A stretch of 64,000 nt of DNA from contig OZ316893.1 of NCBI GenBank assembly GCA_973895155.1, forward strand, positions 18,011,836 through 18,075,835. Direction: 5' to 3'. Of this stretch, positions 46,056-58,201 are shown piece by piece. The stretch comes from Marsupella aquatica. Lineage: Eukaryota; Plantae; Marchantiophyta. The notes under the pieces were generated by a model. That model saw only the letters and a list, made by a program, of their open reading frames with translations, did no database searches and was not told where the DNA came from. Every line of letters starts with the position of its first letter. The first letter of the stretch is position 1. Both the position numbers and the translations under genes were made by a program.

Positions 46056-48291
46056 TGTCCTGAGGATAAGCAAAGAGGTGGGAAAGGGCCTCAAGGGACA
46101 CGCAGGGTGTATGGCTGCTTGAGATAGGAAACGGTTGCAAACAAGACAAAGTATCTACCCTAACCTTTCATCCACATCATCACAAGCAAGCAAGCATGCT
46201 TTCGAAACTCAAGCCATTTACATACTCATATCCAATCACAATCAAAATAACTAGTTCAAGCTTCCCAATGTAATCCTCACAAGTCTAAGCCCAACATTCA
46301 ATTGGTCACCATTCCTTTTCCAACACTTGATTGCACACAATCCCTTGCAACCCTCTAAGGTACACAAGTTCAAGCTTACATCAATGTGGTCAAGTTAAGG
46401 GTCACTCTTGGTTGTGGCTAAGACAAGTGGGACATCCAAAGGTATGCAAGGCATCTCTATGCACCATTCAAACATCCAACTTTCAAAACATGGGAAACTA
46501 CTTTCGAAAAGTGACCTAGGGTTGGTCAACAAACTCCTTAACAAACATGGAATTGACCTTAGTCCCTTCCTCTAGTAGAACCACCAAGTATAATCCACAA
46601 ACAACCCATTCCATCAATCGAAAATGCCTTCACTCTTTACTCTTGCAACTTCCCTCATGCATAATAACTACTTTCGAAAGTACCTTCATTCAACCCATCT
46701 ACTTTCAAAAACACCTTCAAGCTCACAACAACATTCGAAAATGGCATGAAGACATTCATTCTAACCATTCCATCACTCATAGCCAAAGCAAGGCATCAAC
46801 ACACATCTCAAAAACGAGGATACCTCTCCTCTAAATGCATAGCAAGAAGGCACTTGTAGCATCATGGCCTCCAAGTAAAAACATGGGTCACAAGCAAGAC
46901 CCTCCTAGCAAAAATGAATCATCACCAAGTCTAATCATCAACCAAGCATTCAAAATCCCTCCATAGCCTATCCAAGCTTCAAAACCCTAGTCTCCTTCTC
47001 TCATACTTCCTTCTTTCAACCAAATCTACTTTCGAAGCTTCAAGTCAAGGAGTTTACAAGAGAGTAGGCCTTCTTAGTGAGCCATCTCTAATGCAAGACT
47101 CCCAAGCTTCAACAAGATTAGGTCTCATCTCCTCTAAGCTTTCGAAAATCTCCTACAAGTCCATTCTCCTCAAAACTTGAAACAACAAACCTACATTCGA
47201 GTATGCCTTCTTGTGGGCAATCTCTCATGCAAGCTCCTTATACTTCCTACTCACATCCTACCTCCTTCCTAAGGCTTCGAGTCAGCCTCTCCTACATTCG
47301 AAACCTCTCTCCAAATCCTTAGAAAAACCGTCATAAAACTCAATCTCTTCACATTCAAAGCTTCTACTCCATCTATCTCTTCACAAAATTGCCTCTACAT
47401 CTCCTACCCTCAAAATCCTAAGGTCATGGCCAAGGAGGAGGGCTCCCCCTTCACTCATGCCTCATGCTCGAGCTCCCCTCAAGAGGTTCGCTCCTACCTA
47501 TTCAAAACTTACTCAAAGACTCAAAAACTGCCAAAAGCGGCAGCACTTTAGCAGCATCACGGTGTGAGAGAGAGCCCACCCTTCGAACTCTCCTCTTTAG
47601 TACTCTCGTGGGAAGGCCTGGGGCAAGGCACAAGCCCTCCACTTATGGTTTAAGTCCTCGACAATTTTCAGCCCTTGATCATCCATCAAAAAGATCTAAG
47701 GGTCAAAAATGAGCCAAAATACCATCCTTTGTAACTTTGTAACCAAATGAGGCTTCGCACTTTCGAAAAAACCTCGACCTCCTCCAAACCCTAAGGCACG
47801 TCCTCATCCTCAATCCTATCCATTCATCCATTGACTCAACCAAGATCCACCGTTGATGTAGGTTCAATGAATCTAGTCCTTATTTCACAAAACTAGGAAT
47901 CTGGCCCATATCTCACAAAACTGATGCACTTGGACCAAACCCTATTACATGCCTTGAACCTGGTCACCTCCTCCATGTATTCAATGAACCTGGTCACCAT
48001 GTCGCCAAAACCCTAGATACCTTGCTTGTTGAGCAAGCAACCTCCATTCCGCCAATCTGCCAAATGATAACTTAATCGCTGGTCACAAATGAAAAACATA
48101 CCCCACAATAGTAACAAGGGTGGGTAGGCTCGACCTCATCCCTACCTTGACCCTCATAACTCTACTTCCTCCTTCACATTGGTCAAGTTAGCTCAAGTCA
48201 AGTCAACTTGCCCAAGTTAGAAGCAAAAATTGGTTTCAACTTCCTTCACAAAACATGAGGATTCCTCCTTTAGGATGGAAACCTCATGACA
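46056..48291 (-). repeat. Element D 5' LTR (~2.24 kb)
   Basis: 9/10-bp terminal inverted repeats, bounded by the PBS and by resumption of LTR-B sequence. Confidence 0.85.
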
Positions 48292-49529
48292 ACGGTCACC
48301 ATGTTGTCTACCGGGGCCGCTCCTGGGGTCAGGGCAGGGGGTGGGGACGATATAGTGTCGGCCCCCTGAGCGCTTGTTCCTCTGGGCCGCCTGGTCAAGG
48401 GTGGGGTAGCCTCGTCGTCATCGCTAAGATCCACAGCGTTGATGACGGAGCGTACTTGTGCTGGCTGGGCGATCGGTGGTGGGGTTTGGCTAGGCTACGG
48501 CTGAGGCTGAAGCTGAAGCTGAGCCTGAGGTTGAGCTTGAGGTTGCATGGGTATGGGTACGGGTATGGGTACGGGTTCGACTGAGTTGGTCATGTTGGTT
48601 GATGGCCAAGTTCCCATGAAGCTCTGTAGGTGCTGGTAGAAGTTCTCCGAAGCGAGTGCAGACGACCTTGTCGAACGGGTAGTGCTAGACTCGCTATTGA
48701 TGATAGCCCAAACCTGAGCAGGGATGTGGTCGAAGTGATGTCGTTGCAAGTCGATCGTACCCGGGATATTGAAGACCTCGTCCGGAAGCCAAAGCAATGC
48801 TTCCCAGAAACCGATATATTTTTCTCCGTTGAAGAAGTACCCAGATACCTCTGCTGGTCGGTAAAGCTCGCTCTGAGACGGGTAGTCAAAGTTAAGGATG
48901 TAGTGGTGTCGTCCTGCTAGGCGGATGGCTCTCTCGTACTCACGTTCGATTTCGTATCGGCGCGGGTTGGCGTGTTTCAATGAGTCGGCCAAGTGCCTTC
49001 CGGTAGATAGGAACTGCGTCCAGAATCGAATGGCCGAGCTGGAGAGGATCGTGTGCGACATTCAGAGGAGATAGTAGTGGCGACTTTAGAGCGAACGAGA
49101 GAGCTGGGGTCAAAGCTGGCACATGGACTAATGGACTGGTGCACTACAAAGGGTTGGCTCCCCTTTTATACCTTGAGGGCTTGTCGATCCCCCGACGTCT
49201 CCTCGACGCCCATAGACTGAACTGCTCACGCTTGTGGTGTACCGGCCACTCCGCCGGTCTGAGTCAGCACGTATCAGTGGCGGCTTCCTTAAGTTCGTTA
49301 TACGGACCCGAGGGAGGGGCCCCTCCATGCTCGTAACCCGGGTGTGCAAATAGCGACCCGCCGCCAGTCCGAACCTGAATTCCCCCTTATTGCCTAATGA
49401 TGTCCTACCCATAATGATTACCTAAATACTGTTGTTATGCTAATAATAGCGGCCTAAGACACTCCTAACGCGCATGCTAAGTGCAGTTAGACCGAATCAC
49501 TCATTAACCGCCGTACCGGCGGCGTCACA
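48292..49529 (-). repeat. Element B 5' LTR, 5' piece, including the start of the LTR gene (48495-49061)
   Basis: Matches 33405-34636. The 188-aa ORF reads through the stop found in the 3' LTR copy. Confidence 0.93.
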
Positions 49530-51496
49530 AAGACCCAGCCAACAAATCTGATGTTCAATCACTGAGTGATATGGCTCATACTTTCAAAGTCATGACCAAG
49601 CTAAGGGCAAAAATTGTGGAGTACTTCGTTTTGAAGTCTCCGGATCGGTTTGCCAATTCACTCACTTGGTTTGAGCTAACTCAATTTTTGCCTGCATTTA
49701 TGGATCGTGGTGAGTTGCCAAAACTTAGACAACTTGCTGGAGAGGTTTGGATTTCCAACCTCCTACAAAGAAATAGGCCAAAAGACCCATTTTTGCAAAG
49801 TCTCATTGTTAGGCTTGAGCAGATATATTGCAAGGTATTTGGCGGGTTGCCTTCAATGGAGGATACTCCTTATCGCACATTTTTTAGCAATAATTTGATG
49901 AGGACAATGAAGCCTGAGATTGTTGACTCGGTGCAAAGGACGTGCCCACTCTCCATTGTCGATTTTGGTCATCTTCGACAACGGCAGTGGACAGATGCCG
50001 AAATTTTTGTCTTGCTGGAGTATTGTTTGCAGATGGCGAACTCGACGGAGCTCTTACTAATCTTTTTTTTCCGTCAAGGCTCATTGATAGGCCAGATTCA
50101 TAGTGCCTTTGAAAAGATTCGTCGTGAGAAGAAAGTCCACACGAAGCTGGAGTACGGGAGCTACTACCGTGATCAACTGCCCAAGGAGGAGGGAGATTTT
50201 CTCATTGGAGCCCGAGACTCAATCATCTTTGGGGGAATTTGTTGTGAAGAGGAACCAGACTGGTCCCAAATTTTCTTTGATGACTTTTATGCGTTCTGGA
50301 ACTACAGTGAGAAGTGGGACAAAGACTTCACAGTCTTGCCTTTGAAGGTCCCTACTGGGAACAACAAAGACCAATCAAAGGGGAAAGAGAAGCTCGATGA
50401 ATCCACTGTTGATGTCGAAGTTTTGGAGAAGATGGCCCCATCTTATGAGATGGTCGGTCGGCGTGGTGGCTTTGTAAATCCGAGAGCAAAGCCTTTGCGA
50501 ATGACAAAGCGTCTTGTGGATTATTTCTCGTGCCCAGGTCATACAGTGTTGGATTTCTTCTCTGGAGGACAGACATTGAAAGCTTGTGTCATTCTTGGTC
50601 GGGATTGTTTTGTGTATTCAGACACAGCTCAAGAGATGGAATTCACAGAAGCCTTTGCTCAGCTCCTTCATGACAACAAGCAGGTTTTATATGTGCCACC
50701 CAAGGAGCCGTTACCATCTGAGGAAATTACTGCCGGTCCCCTCGTTGTAATAGAAGAGGCGGCCTTAGATATAGCTCCGGTGGAAGCCAGTGTTTATGAG
50801 GAAGTATTTGCGGAGAATTTAGAGCATCACAAAACGGAGGGCCCGAAAATCACAAGCTACATGGAAGAGGAGGGTAAAATACTGCCTGAATTTGGAAATG
50901 ATGCTCGAGATGATCTCGACGTTCCAGGTGTTCCTTCATCGGGTGACCTTGGGGATGCACAACGTGAACAACAGTCTTCAACCTTGGATGTTGGCTGGGA
51001 ATCCACCTTGCAGGATGCAATTAGCCAACCAATTCCAAGCCCTCCTCAACTGGATGAGATTTTCTCTACTAAGAAAGCTAGTGGCTGTCATACTCCCCCT
51101 CAGGACGAGGCAGGTGCATCGTCCTCTCCCTTGGACCAAATGTTTTGCGCTTTAGAGAATAAGCTTGTTTTCACAGATTCTTCTACTGGAAGCCCCGTAA
51201 TTCTCCCTTTTGTTAGGAAACCGGGGACTGAAATTGGTAGAACTGGTTACAAATCACTCAAAGCAAGTGCTTCTCATTATGTTTGGACTGATGGACCGTC
51301 AAAAGGTCAACAAGTCAGTATAGAGCAGTCTGAGAAGATTATTCGATCTAGAAAGTATAGGAAGGATAAGTTCAAATTAGTGCCAGTTTGGTCTGAGCCA
51401 GCTCTTGTTGAGACCCTTCCCGGAGGGATAAATTTGGACATCCAAAACCAACTAGGAGATAACCTTCTAGATGAATTTGGGTCTTTCAGCATGTGA
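49530..51496 (+). CDS. 3' portion (~655 codons) of a gene with a beta-class N4C/N6A DNA-methyltransferase-like domain
   Basis: NPRAKPLRMTKRLVDYFSCPGHTVLDFFSGGQTLKACVILGRDCFVY parallels the N6_N4_Mtase consensus HPTQKP..L.ERLI...S.PGD.VLDPF.GSGTT..AA..LGR. The expected DPPY/SPPY position appears degenerate (SIVDFGH). Confidence 0.72.
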
Positions 51497-51737
51497 GGTT
51501 GAAACCCAAGTTAGTTTGAACAATCCTAAAATTCAGCCGTCTAAATTATTATGTCTACCTTCACAGAAATAGGCGGGCCCTTACCAGTTGTGGAGTGCGT
51601 CGACAATAATCTCCAAAGCTGTCCTGAGATTTCTTCAACTACTGACCTTCAAGCAACAATAGGTATGACGTTGACTGTTGTTCATTCACTTGTGATGCTC
51701 GAGATCGTCTCAAGCATTCCTTTGTTTTATCTCCCAC

Positions 51738-54700
51738 TGTGGTGCGTCCCATGGCTCTCCAAACCCAAGAAACCCCCCCGCACAAGCCGATTCCTACAGG
51801 TTTCGTGCTTGGTCAAGGCCGTTTCCGTGGCTTAGCGGCATGGGACGCTGCTAACCTCCTTTCTACTACTATTAACATTTACACACATATATTGGACAGA
51901 TCCTTCATCGGGTCATGAGATACGCAGTCGGCCTAATCTAGGCCTTCTCTTGTCTTTCCCTCCTGTTGGTTAGGTATATTTGGATTCCGCCGCCGGAATG
52001 ATCCCCAATTGGTTTGGTTAAGCCGCTAAGACCTCTCTCAGCTCGACACATCCAACTCTCACTCCCTTGCTTACTTCCCTTCTACTTGTTGATGTGGGCA
52101 CTCTTCACACAAGTTAATGCGACACACAAATAGCAAAATGACTCCTTCTGACTGAGTTATACCATGCACTTGCAATACAAACAGTACATCTCATACACAA
52201 GCTCTGCGAACTAAGCCGTGAGGCCAACTCTATTCAGTTCTTAGGTATGAGGAAACATGAATATACACAAGGGTCACTGTATAACTAACCGAGAGCTTCT
52301 CTTACTACTTGATCCTAGCCCTGCTGGTGCAACTAAAAACTTGCTAAAGAAGAGGCCCTGAACTCCCCGCAGCCCAGGTACTTATCCTGGTTGTGGATCC
52401 GCCTGATTCCTTGCAGCGTAAGCCTAATCTACCTATTGTAATCTACCTAACTGTAATCTACCTATGTACAGCGAGGCAGGAGCACAAGTGTCATCCTCAC
52501 CCGTGGATCCAAAATTCCACTAATCTAAGTGTCAGGGCCGTCTCCTGGTCCTGATCCTAAGTCTAAACTTGGAGATCAGCGCCCGCCCTGCCCACTCACG
52601 CCTCCTACCTCCATGTTCGCCCTCCCTAAAAGGGACGGCGCCCTTACACCGTCACGACACCGGTGGCTGGTCCTCAATGGACGCCCCCAACGCTTCCTTC
52701 GCAACCACTGCCGTTGGTCTGTCCTCTGACAGATTACCTGCCCCTGACCGAGTCAACTCTTCATTGGCCTGACTGGGTCCACCCTCGGCTTCGGCCTCAA
52801 CATCGGTCACGGCCTCTGATAGGGCTACAGCCTCCCCGGCATGTTCTAGTGGAGGATCCGGTACCTCGGTAGCATTACTGGTTCTCCCGGCCTCGGCCTT
52901 GCCATCTCCACTTCCTAGGACTGGTGGATCCACCACCGTGCCGATGCCGGAGATTGGTGTCGGGTTTATCTTCTCGGTCACAACGGCTTGAGAAGCCGTA
53001 TAACTCCCAGACCTAGAAGGTTTCCGCTTCTTCTTCTTCCCTATTTCGACAGCCGGTTCCTTCCCCTTGCCACTTACCTTCGGCACCGGGGTGAGTGTTT
53101 TGGCTTGTCCTTCGGCCAATACTACCCCTGGTAACTGGGTTCCCCCAATTGGAGTTGGACCTGATGAAGCCAAGCATTTAAATACTACGGCTTGTGTCTT
53201 CAGCCGCTCCTTTTGGTTGTCAGCCCGCCGCTTTAGGTTCTCCATCTTCCTCGTGATTTCCTCCAACTCCTCCTGGGTCTCGTCCAGGTCCTTGCGCGCC
53301 TCCTCCAGCTCCTTATTGGCTTCCTCCAATTCTTTCTTTAAGGTAGCCATCTCCTCCTGGGTTGCTCTTAGCTCCTTGTCGAGCTCTGCTATGACCACAG
53401 ACTCCATCTTATGCATCTTGGCATAAGTCTGGTCGAGCTGGTCGTCCTTTTCACGCAGGTCGGCCTTGAAATTGGCCGTTAGGGATGCAAGCTCCTACTG
53501 CAGCACAATAATCCCTTGATAGGATTTCCCTAACTCTGCTTCCTTCTGCTCAAGGGCTCTGCGGATATCTTTGAGCTCTCCTTTCAACGCCCTCTCCCTT
53601 CTCTGGTTCTACGCCATGGCCCGATTGTTGGTTGCTAAGTGGGCCTCCTCTGCATCCCTTAGCTCCCGCTTCCATTTCTCTCTTTCCTTGAATGCGCCGA
53701 CCAACTCTCCTTGGGTCCGAGTCAGTTTATCTTTGATAATCTGATTGTCAGACTGAGCGGTATCCAACTGCCCCTGCATGATGTTTAGCTCATGCCGCTT
53801 AATCCGCAACTCATCTTGGGCTTTCTTGGCTACCTGCAGGACTTCCGCCTCGGCTTCCTTCTCCCTAAGCCGTCCTTCTCCCTAAGCCGCCGGATGACCT
53901 TGTCCTTCTTGCTTCTCTCCAAAGCCACTGCTTCTTCTAATCGGTGCTTTTCCAACATCTCCCTTTGGAAAAAGGGTCCCTGCTCCAACTCCTCCCCAAA
54001 GATGCTGAGCGCCAGGTCCCCACACATCTCCCCGTACTCCATGGCTCTATCCTTAGCATAGGTGGAGTAACTAGAAGTCATCGGCATCAACCACCGCGGC
54101 CTCTGCTCCCAAGCCGCCTTGCGGATTTCTTCTATGGTGGCAAGAGGGTTGCTTCTTTTTTCGGCAAGCCGCCTGATGTCCTCCGGCCAATCTCCTCCTA
54201 GTAAATCTTTCTCCCTAGCCAGGGCTGCTTTCTCTTCCTCCCTAAGTCGCTCCTGAAATTCTTGTGCCGTCTGCTTTATGCCGTCAAAGCTCGGGGGAGC
54301 AACCTCTGGTGGGGGAGACTTGGGGCTACTCTGATGGGTGGGGTCCCCTCGAACTACTCTTGGAAGCGTGGGGATAAATCGGCCACAGGTCCTTACTCCT
54401 GGAACATGATGATCCGACCCATAGTCGGAGTTATCATTGCTGTAGTCCTCCACCGCCTCCTCCACTACTTGGACTCCCGGCTTCTCCCTTTGTTCCCCTG
54501 GTCCTGTCGTGCAAACGGCCTTACCCGATCACGGGCTCTGGTTCCTCTGGTTTCCAAGCTGTCGTCTCCCTCTACTCTCCGCGGGAAGGAGCCTTAAGCT
54601 GCTCTGCCTCTGATTCGGGGCTTGAGGCTCCCACGTACATTTGTACTCGGGGCTTGTGTTCCGGCCTCCCTCTCTCCTTGGCTCCGGTAAAGGGGTTTTC

Positions 54701-56280
54701 CCTCGTGAGTCGGCTTAGGCCGGCCTCTTGGGCAGTGTCCTGTGCCGTTGCCGTTGCTGGTGCCATTCTCTCCTTCTCCAGCATTTTCAGCAGATTCTGC
54801 ATGCCTGATTGCTGCATCGGCAAGTCTTCTTTCCTTGGCCGAAACACCTGCTCGATCGTCGGACTGTCGGGCTGGTTGGGCTTCTTTGGTGCCGGCCCCT
54901 GCTCAAGAACCTCCTCCGGTGCCCTTGCCGATAGGGGAAGTACTGGGGCAAAGATTTGACTTCTGGCATACCGGCACAACAGCGGCATGTGATAGCCAAG
55001 TCGGGACACGCTTCCCACGCCGATCACCTGCTGTTCCTCCTTCAAGATCTTCTTCAGTTGGTTGAGGAGGTACCCGTTGTAATCCCGGCTTGGGTCTGGC
55101 CTTTCTGCCAGGTAGACCTGAGCCTTGCCGATCTCTGCCCTCGGCAAGTTACAATGCATGGTCACCCGCAAGAAATCGATCATCTCTCCGATGTGTGGGT
55201 TGGTGCAGGTGTTCCGGAAGAAGCCATTCTTCGTTGATGGTCCTGGGAATGACCGGAACTCCTTGTCAGGTAAGGTCTTCCTGGTATCAACCTTGGTCTT
55301 ATTACCCATCGGCAAGCCAAACACCTCGGCAATCACCCGGGGAGTGAGATAGAAATCCTTCCCATACACCCTCGTGGAATTGGTCTCGGGTTCCCATGAT
55401 CCCACGAATTCTAATAAGTCTGAGTCCGGCACCTCCGGCTTCAGCCATGGTAATCTTACGAAAGCTCCAAGCCGGATCCGACCATGAAGCCCTGATACTT
55501 CTTGGTCTGCATGGTCGTAAAGCATGCATCCTCCTCCCGTGCAAAGTGTAATTGCACTTCCTCCGGTAGGATCGCCGCCCAGCCTTTCCAGGTGTCATCG
55601 TTTGTTGGAATGGCATTGATGGGATCGACCTCTTCCTCTTTGGCTTCTCCCTGCCTCCTGCTCTGCTGCTCTGTTGGCTTCCTTAGTGCCGCCAACCTCG
55701 TTCTTTTTTTCCGGGGTGGCCTCTTCGTTGTTGTTTCCTTTCCTCTTCATCTTGGCTGCCGTGGATGTTTCTCCTAGCAAGGTTGCCTTCGTCCACCCCT
55801 CTGTGTTACCCTTCAACTCCTAGTGTAGGTCGTTGCAGCGATTGATGGCTTCCCGGATACCGACGATTCTATTTTTGCAAAACAGAAGGTCGTCGAGCTG
55901 ATTGGCAGTAGGAGTCCACAAGAACTTGGCCTTGATAAGTTCTCCTCCTAAGAAAGCCGTCTTCTGCAGTTCCCAGAGCCGAGCGAGCTCCTGCCGTTCT
56001 CGAGCTGCTCTCTCTGATTCTTTGTCCTCGTAAGTCCCAATGTACTCAGTTGCCCGTTCGAACAGGCATCCCCAAAAATGTGCCGCTTGATTGACGTTGC
56101 TCATACCCTCCTTGAGTCGATCGTTGGTATCTGTTCCCACCCCGAGTGCTTGCCTAAGCAGCTGACAGTATTTGGCCTCCCGTAGTCGTCTGCCCAGTTT
56201 GTTCTTGCAAATGAGCCACTATTCCTTGCGAGCGGTCCTTACCCCTCTCCTCCTCTGGTCTTCCCTCCCGTTGGTCACCC
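51738..56280 (-). mobile_element. Second family-A LTR (3' or solo LTR), inverted and 5'-truncated
   Basis: Reverse complement of ~21750-26201. Ends ...GCACCACA at 51738 with no PBS following. Confidence 0.9.
52652..56220 (-). pseudogene. Decayed copy of the LTR-A gene
   Basis: Fragments of 106, 73, 79, 317, 211, 66 and 254 aa, colinear with 21665-25280. Confidence 0.9.
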
Positions 56281-56386
56281 CCATCCACCTAGCAGGATGA
56301 CACCACTATCTCCTTAACTTTGATTACCCGTCCCAGAGCGAGCTTTACCGACCCGAAGAAATATCAGGGTACTTCTTCGACGGAGG
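56281..56386 (+). mobile_element. ~105-bp fragment of a family-B LTR gene
   Basis: Translates LAG*HHYLLNFDYPSQSELYRPEEISGYFFDG, versus LAGRHHYILNFDYPSQSELYRPAEVSGYFFNG in B. Confidence 0.88.
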
Positions 56387-57131
56387 TGTCGTAAGCCGTA
56401 AGAACACAAAAGTAATAAAATATCTTTATAAACTCGGAATTCGATCCCTTTAGGAACAGAATTGGAATAGATTGAATGATATAGTAATTTTGAGAGGTTT
56501 AGAGTCTCTTACTCTATACAGCTCAAATTTTCCTTACAGGAAAAATAAGTAAACTAACGAAACACAAACAAAATAGACTTTTGAGTTATGAATAAAGATA
56601 AGCTTCAATTGAGTGAGATCATTATCAGTTTGATATTGCCACTCCTTCAAAAAGGACTATGGTCTTATTATATAAAAACAAAATTTCTCTTAACTCATCT
56701 AAACTCTCCTTAAATCCATAAGAATACTGATTGAGAGATTTCTACTCACCAAACCCAAAGGTAGATTTCTGATTACAAATACTAAGATATTCAATAAAAT
56801 GCCATCAACATGGATTGATTATCAGTGATGCGCACTTTCAATCAATCACTAATGAATATACCAGAGTACAATAATGGTACTAACTACTGTGAAAATGGAA
56901 TTTTGCTTCTCTCAATCAAGCATTAATTCTCAAATTGGCTAGCAAATCTCATTTGAGTAAGTCTAGTAGTGAATTTGATATGAATCTCAAAAGGGTGTGA
57001 TTGTAATTCAGTCACACAAAGTATCTCCTGAATTCATTCACAAATCATAACATATATTTTACTTCCATACAAGTCTCCCTTGTTAAAATGGAAGGTGGAA
57101 AACTATTCAGAATTCTAACATCTGAATAACA
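56387..57131 (-). repeat. Element E putative 3' LTR (~745 bp)
   Basis: TGTTA start directly after the G13-ACAAAA purine-rich tract (57132-57150), TATATAA inside and a CA end. The partner LTR lies outside the window. Confidence 0.62.
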
Positions 57132-57273
57132 TTTTGTCCCCCCCCCCCCCTAGGACTGGTAAGGAAAGGGGTCTTATAGGTGTAGTCTGTCAACTGAAGA
57201 GTCATGACCTTTCAAACCTCAATATCTAAAAGGTAATCTTAAAATGGAAAAAGTAAAGTGTGGGAAATGCAGT

Positions 57274-58005
57274 GGACGCTTCACGAAGCGTCAATGTTTG
57301 AGTGAAAGTTTTGCAAAGCGTCGGTGTTTTCCGGTAAAACTAATAAATAGTGATCTTAATCTAATAACTTCTAAACTAAAAGTCGGAAGGAGTTGAAACT
57401 TTTCTAGGGTACTCTACTACATATAGTCTATATGCTAGCAAAGTTTTAGACTTTTCTGAGATCTCTAAGTGCCTCAAATAAATCGGTAAAAGTGGCGCGG
57501 TGTTATAAAAGTGCAAAAAACGAAAATATTTCTAAGTGTCGGGAACATAGTGGACGCTTCAGAAAGCGTCCAAACTACAAAGGACTTTTGTGGACGCTTT
57601 AGAAAGCGTCGGCTGAATTTCGAGGTTTTGGTCGCAGCGTCTGGCTTCTGGGCTCCGGGTGCGACGCTTTAGTCAGCGTCAGTGTCGATGTCGCCTTGGA
57701 GTGGCGGACGCTTCAGAAAGCGTCAGGTCTTATGGGGACGCTTTTAAGAGCGTCGCGGCGGTCAGGACTTGATAACGGACGCTTCCAAGTAGCATCAAGT
57801 TTTGGACTGCTCCAGTGGACGCTTCACGAGGCGTCCAGTACTTGGTGCCGGTCACAGACGTTGGATTGGTGCCGCGGTTGAATGTATACTAACTTCTCAG
57901 GTGGACGCTTTAGAAAGCGTCCGGAGTTGGGCTGCTTGAAACAGAGTAGTGAGGGCGGACGCTTCAGAAAGAGTCAAAAGAATGCGGACGCTTCCGAAAG
58001 CGTCA
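57274..58005. repeat. Array of ~12 imperfect palindromes GGACGCTT-N4-AAGCGTCC
   Basis: Copies at ~57274, 57552, 57593, 57663, 57706, 57737, 57777, 57817, 57903, 57957 and 57986. Confidence 0.88.
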
Positions 58006-58201
58006 TCCTTAGCTCCAAAAAGTTTGGAAAAATCCCGATTAAGCTCTTATTCATAATATTCAACAAAAATGCCTTCCCACATAGCCCTCCACTCAAAATT
58101 TGCTGTATCCGCACAAGAAGAGAAGTGGTATGGTAAAAAAAACTGTCTTCTGAAGTTCTTCCGATGGAATAAGAAGTTGCATCTTTACTGATTTGGAGTT
58201 G

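Larger units (their letters stand above)
41175..48291 (-). mobile_element. Element D: Ty3/Gypsy related to C, nested in the B 5' LTR and 3'-truncated after RNase H
   Basis: LTR TGTCATGAGG...CCTCAGGACA, PBS, gag, protease, RT and RNase H. The deletion also removed ~2.35 kb of LTR-B. Confidence 0.9.
30615..49529 (-). mobile_element. Element B: full-length Ty3/Gypsy (non-chromoviral) retrotransposon with 4-kb LTRs
   Basis: TSD AAGAC (30610-30614, 49530-49534), TGTGAC...GTGACA termini, PBS, gag-PR-RT-RH-INT order, no chromodomain. Confidence 0.95.

Noticed and set aside
21341-56280. A single element with long inverted terminal repeats (DIRS- or Polinton-like)
   Set aside because: The repeats end in TG/CA with a PBS and Gypsy gag-pol. 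No tyrosine recombinase or polB is seen, and the flanks do not match.
57274-58005. Palindromic repeats with unique spacers resembling a CRISPR array
   Set aside because: Spacing is irregular, repeats are degenerate, there are no cas genes, and the context is a eukaryotic retrotransposon.
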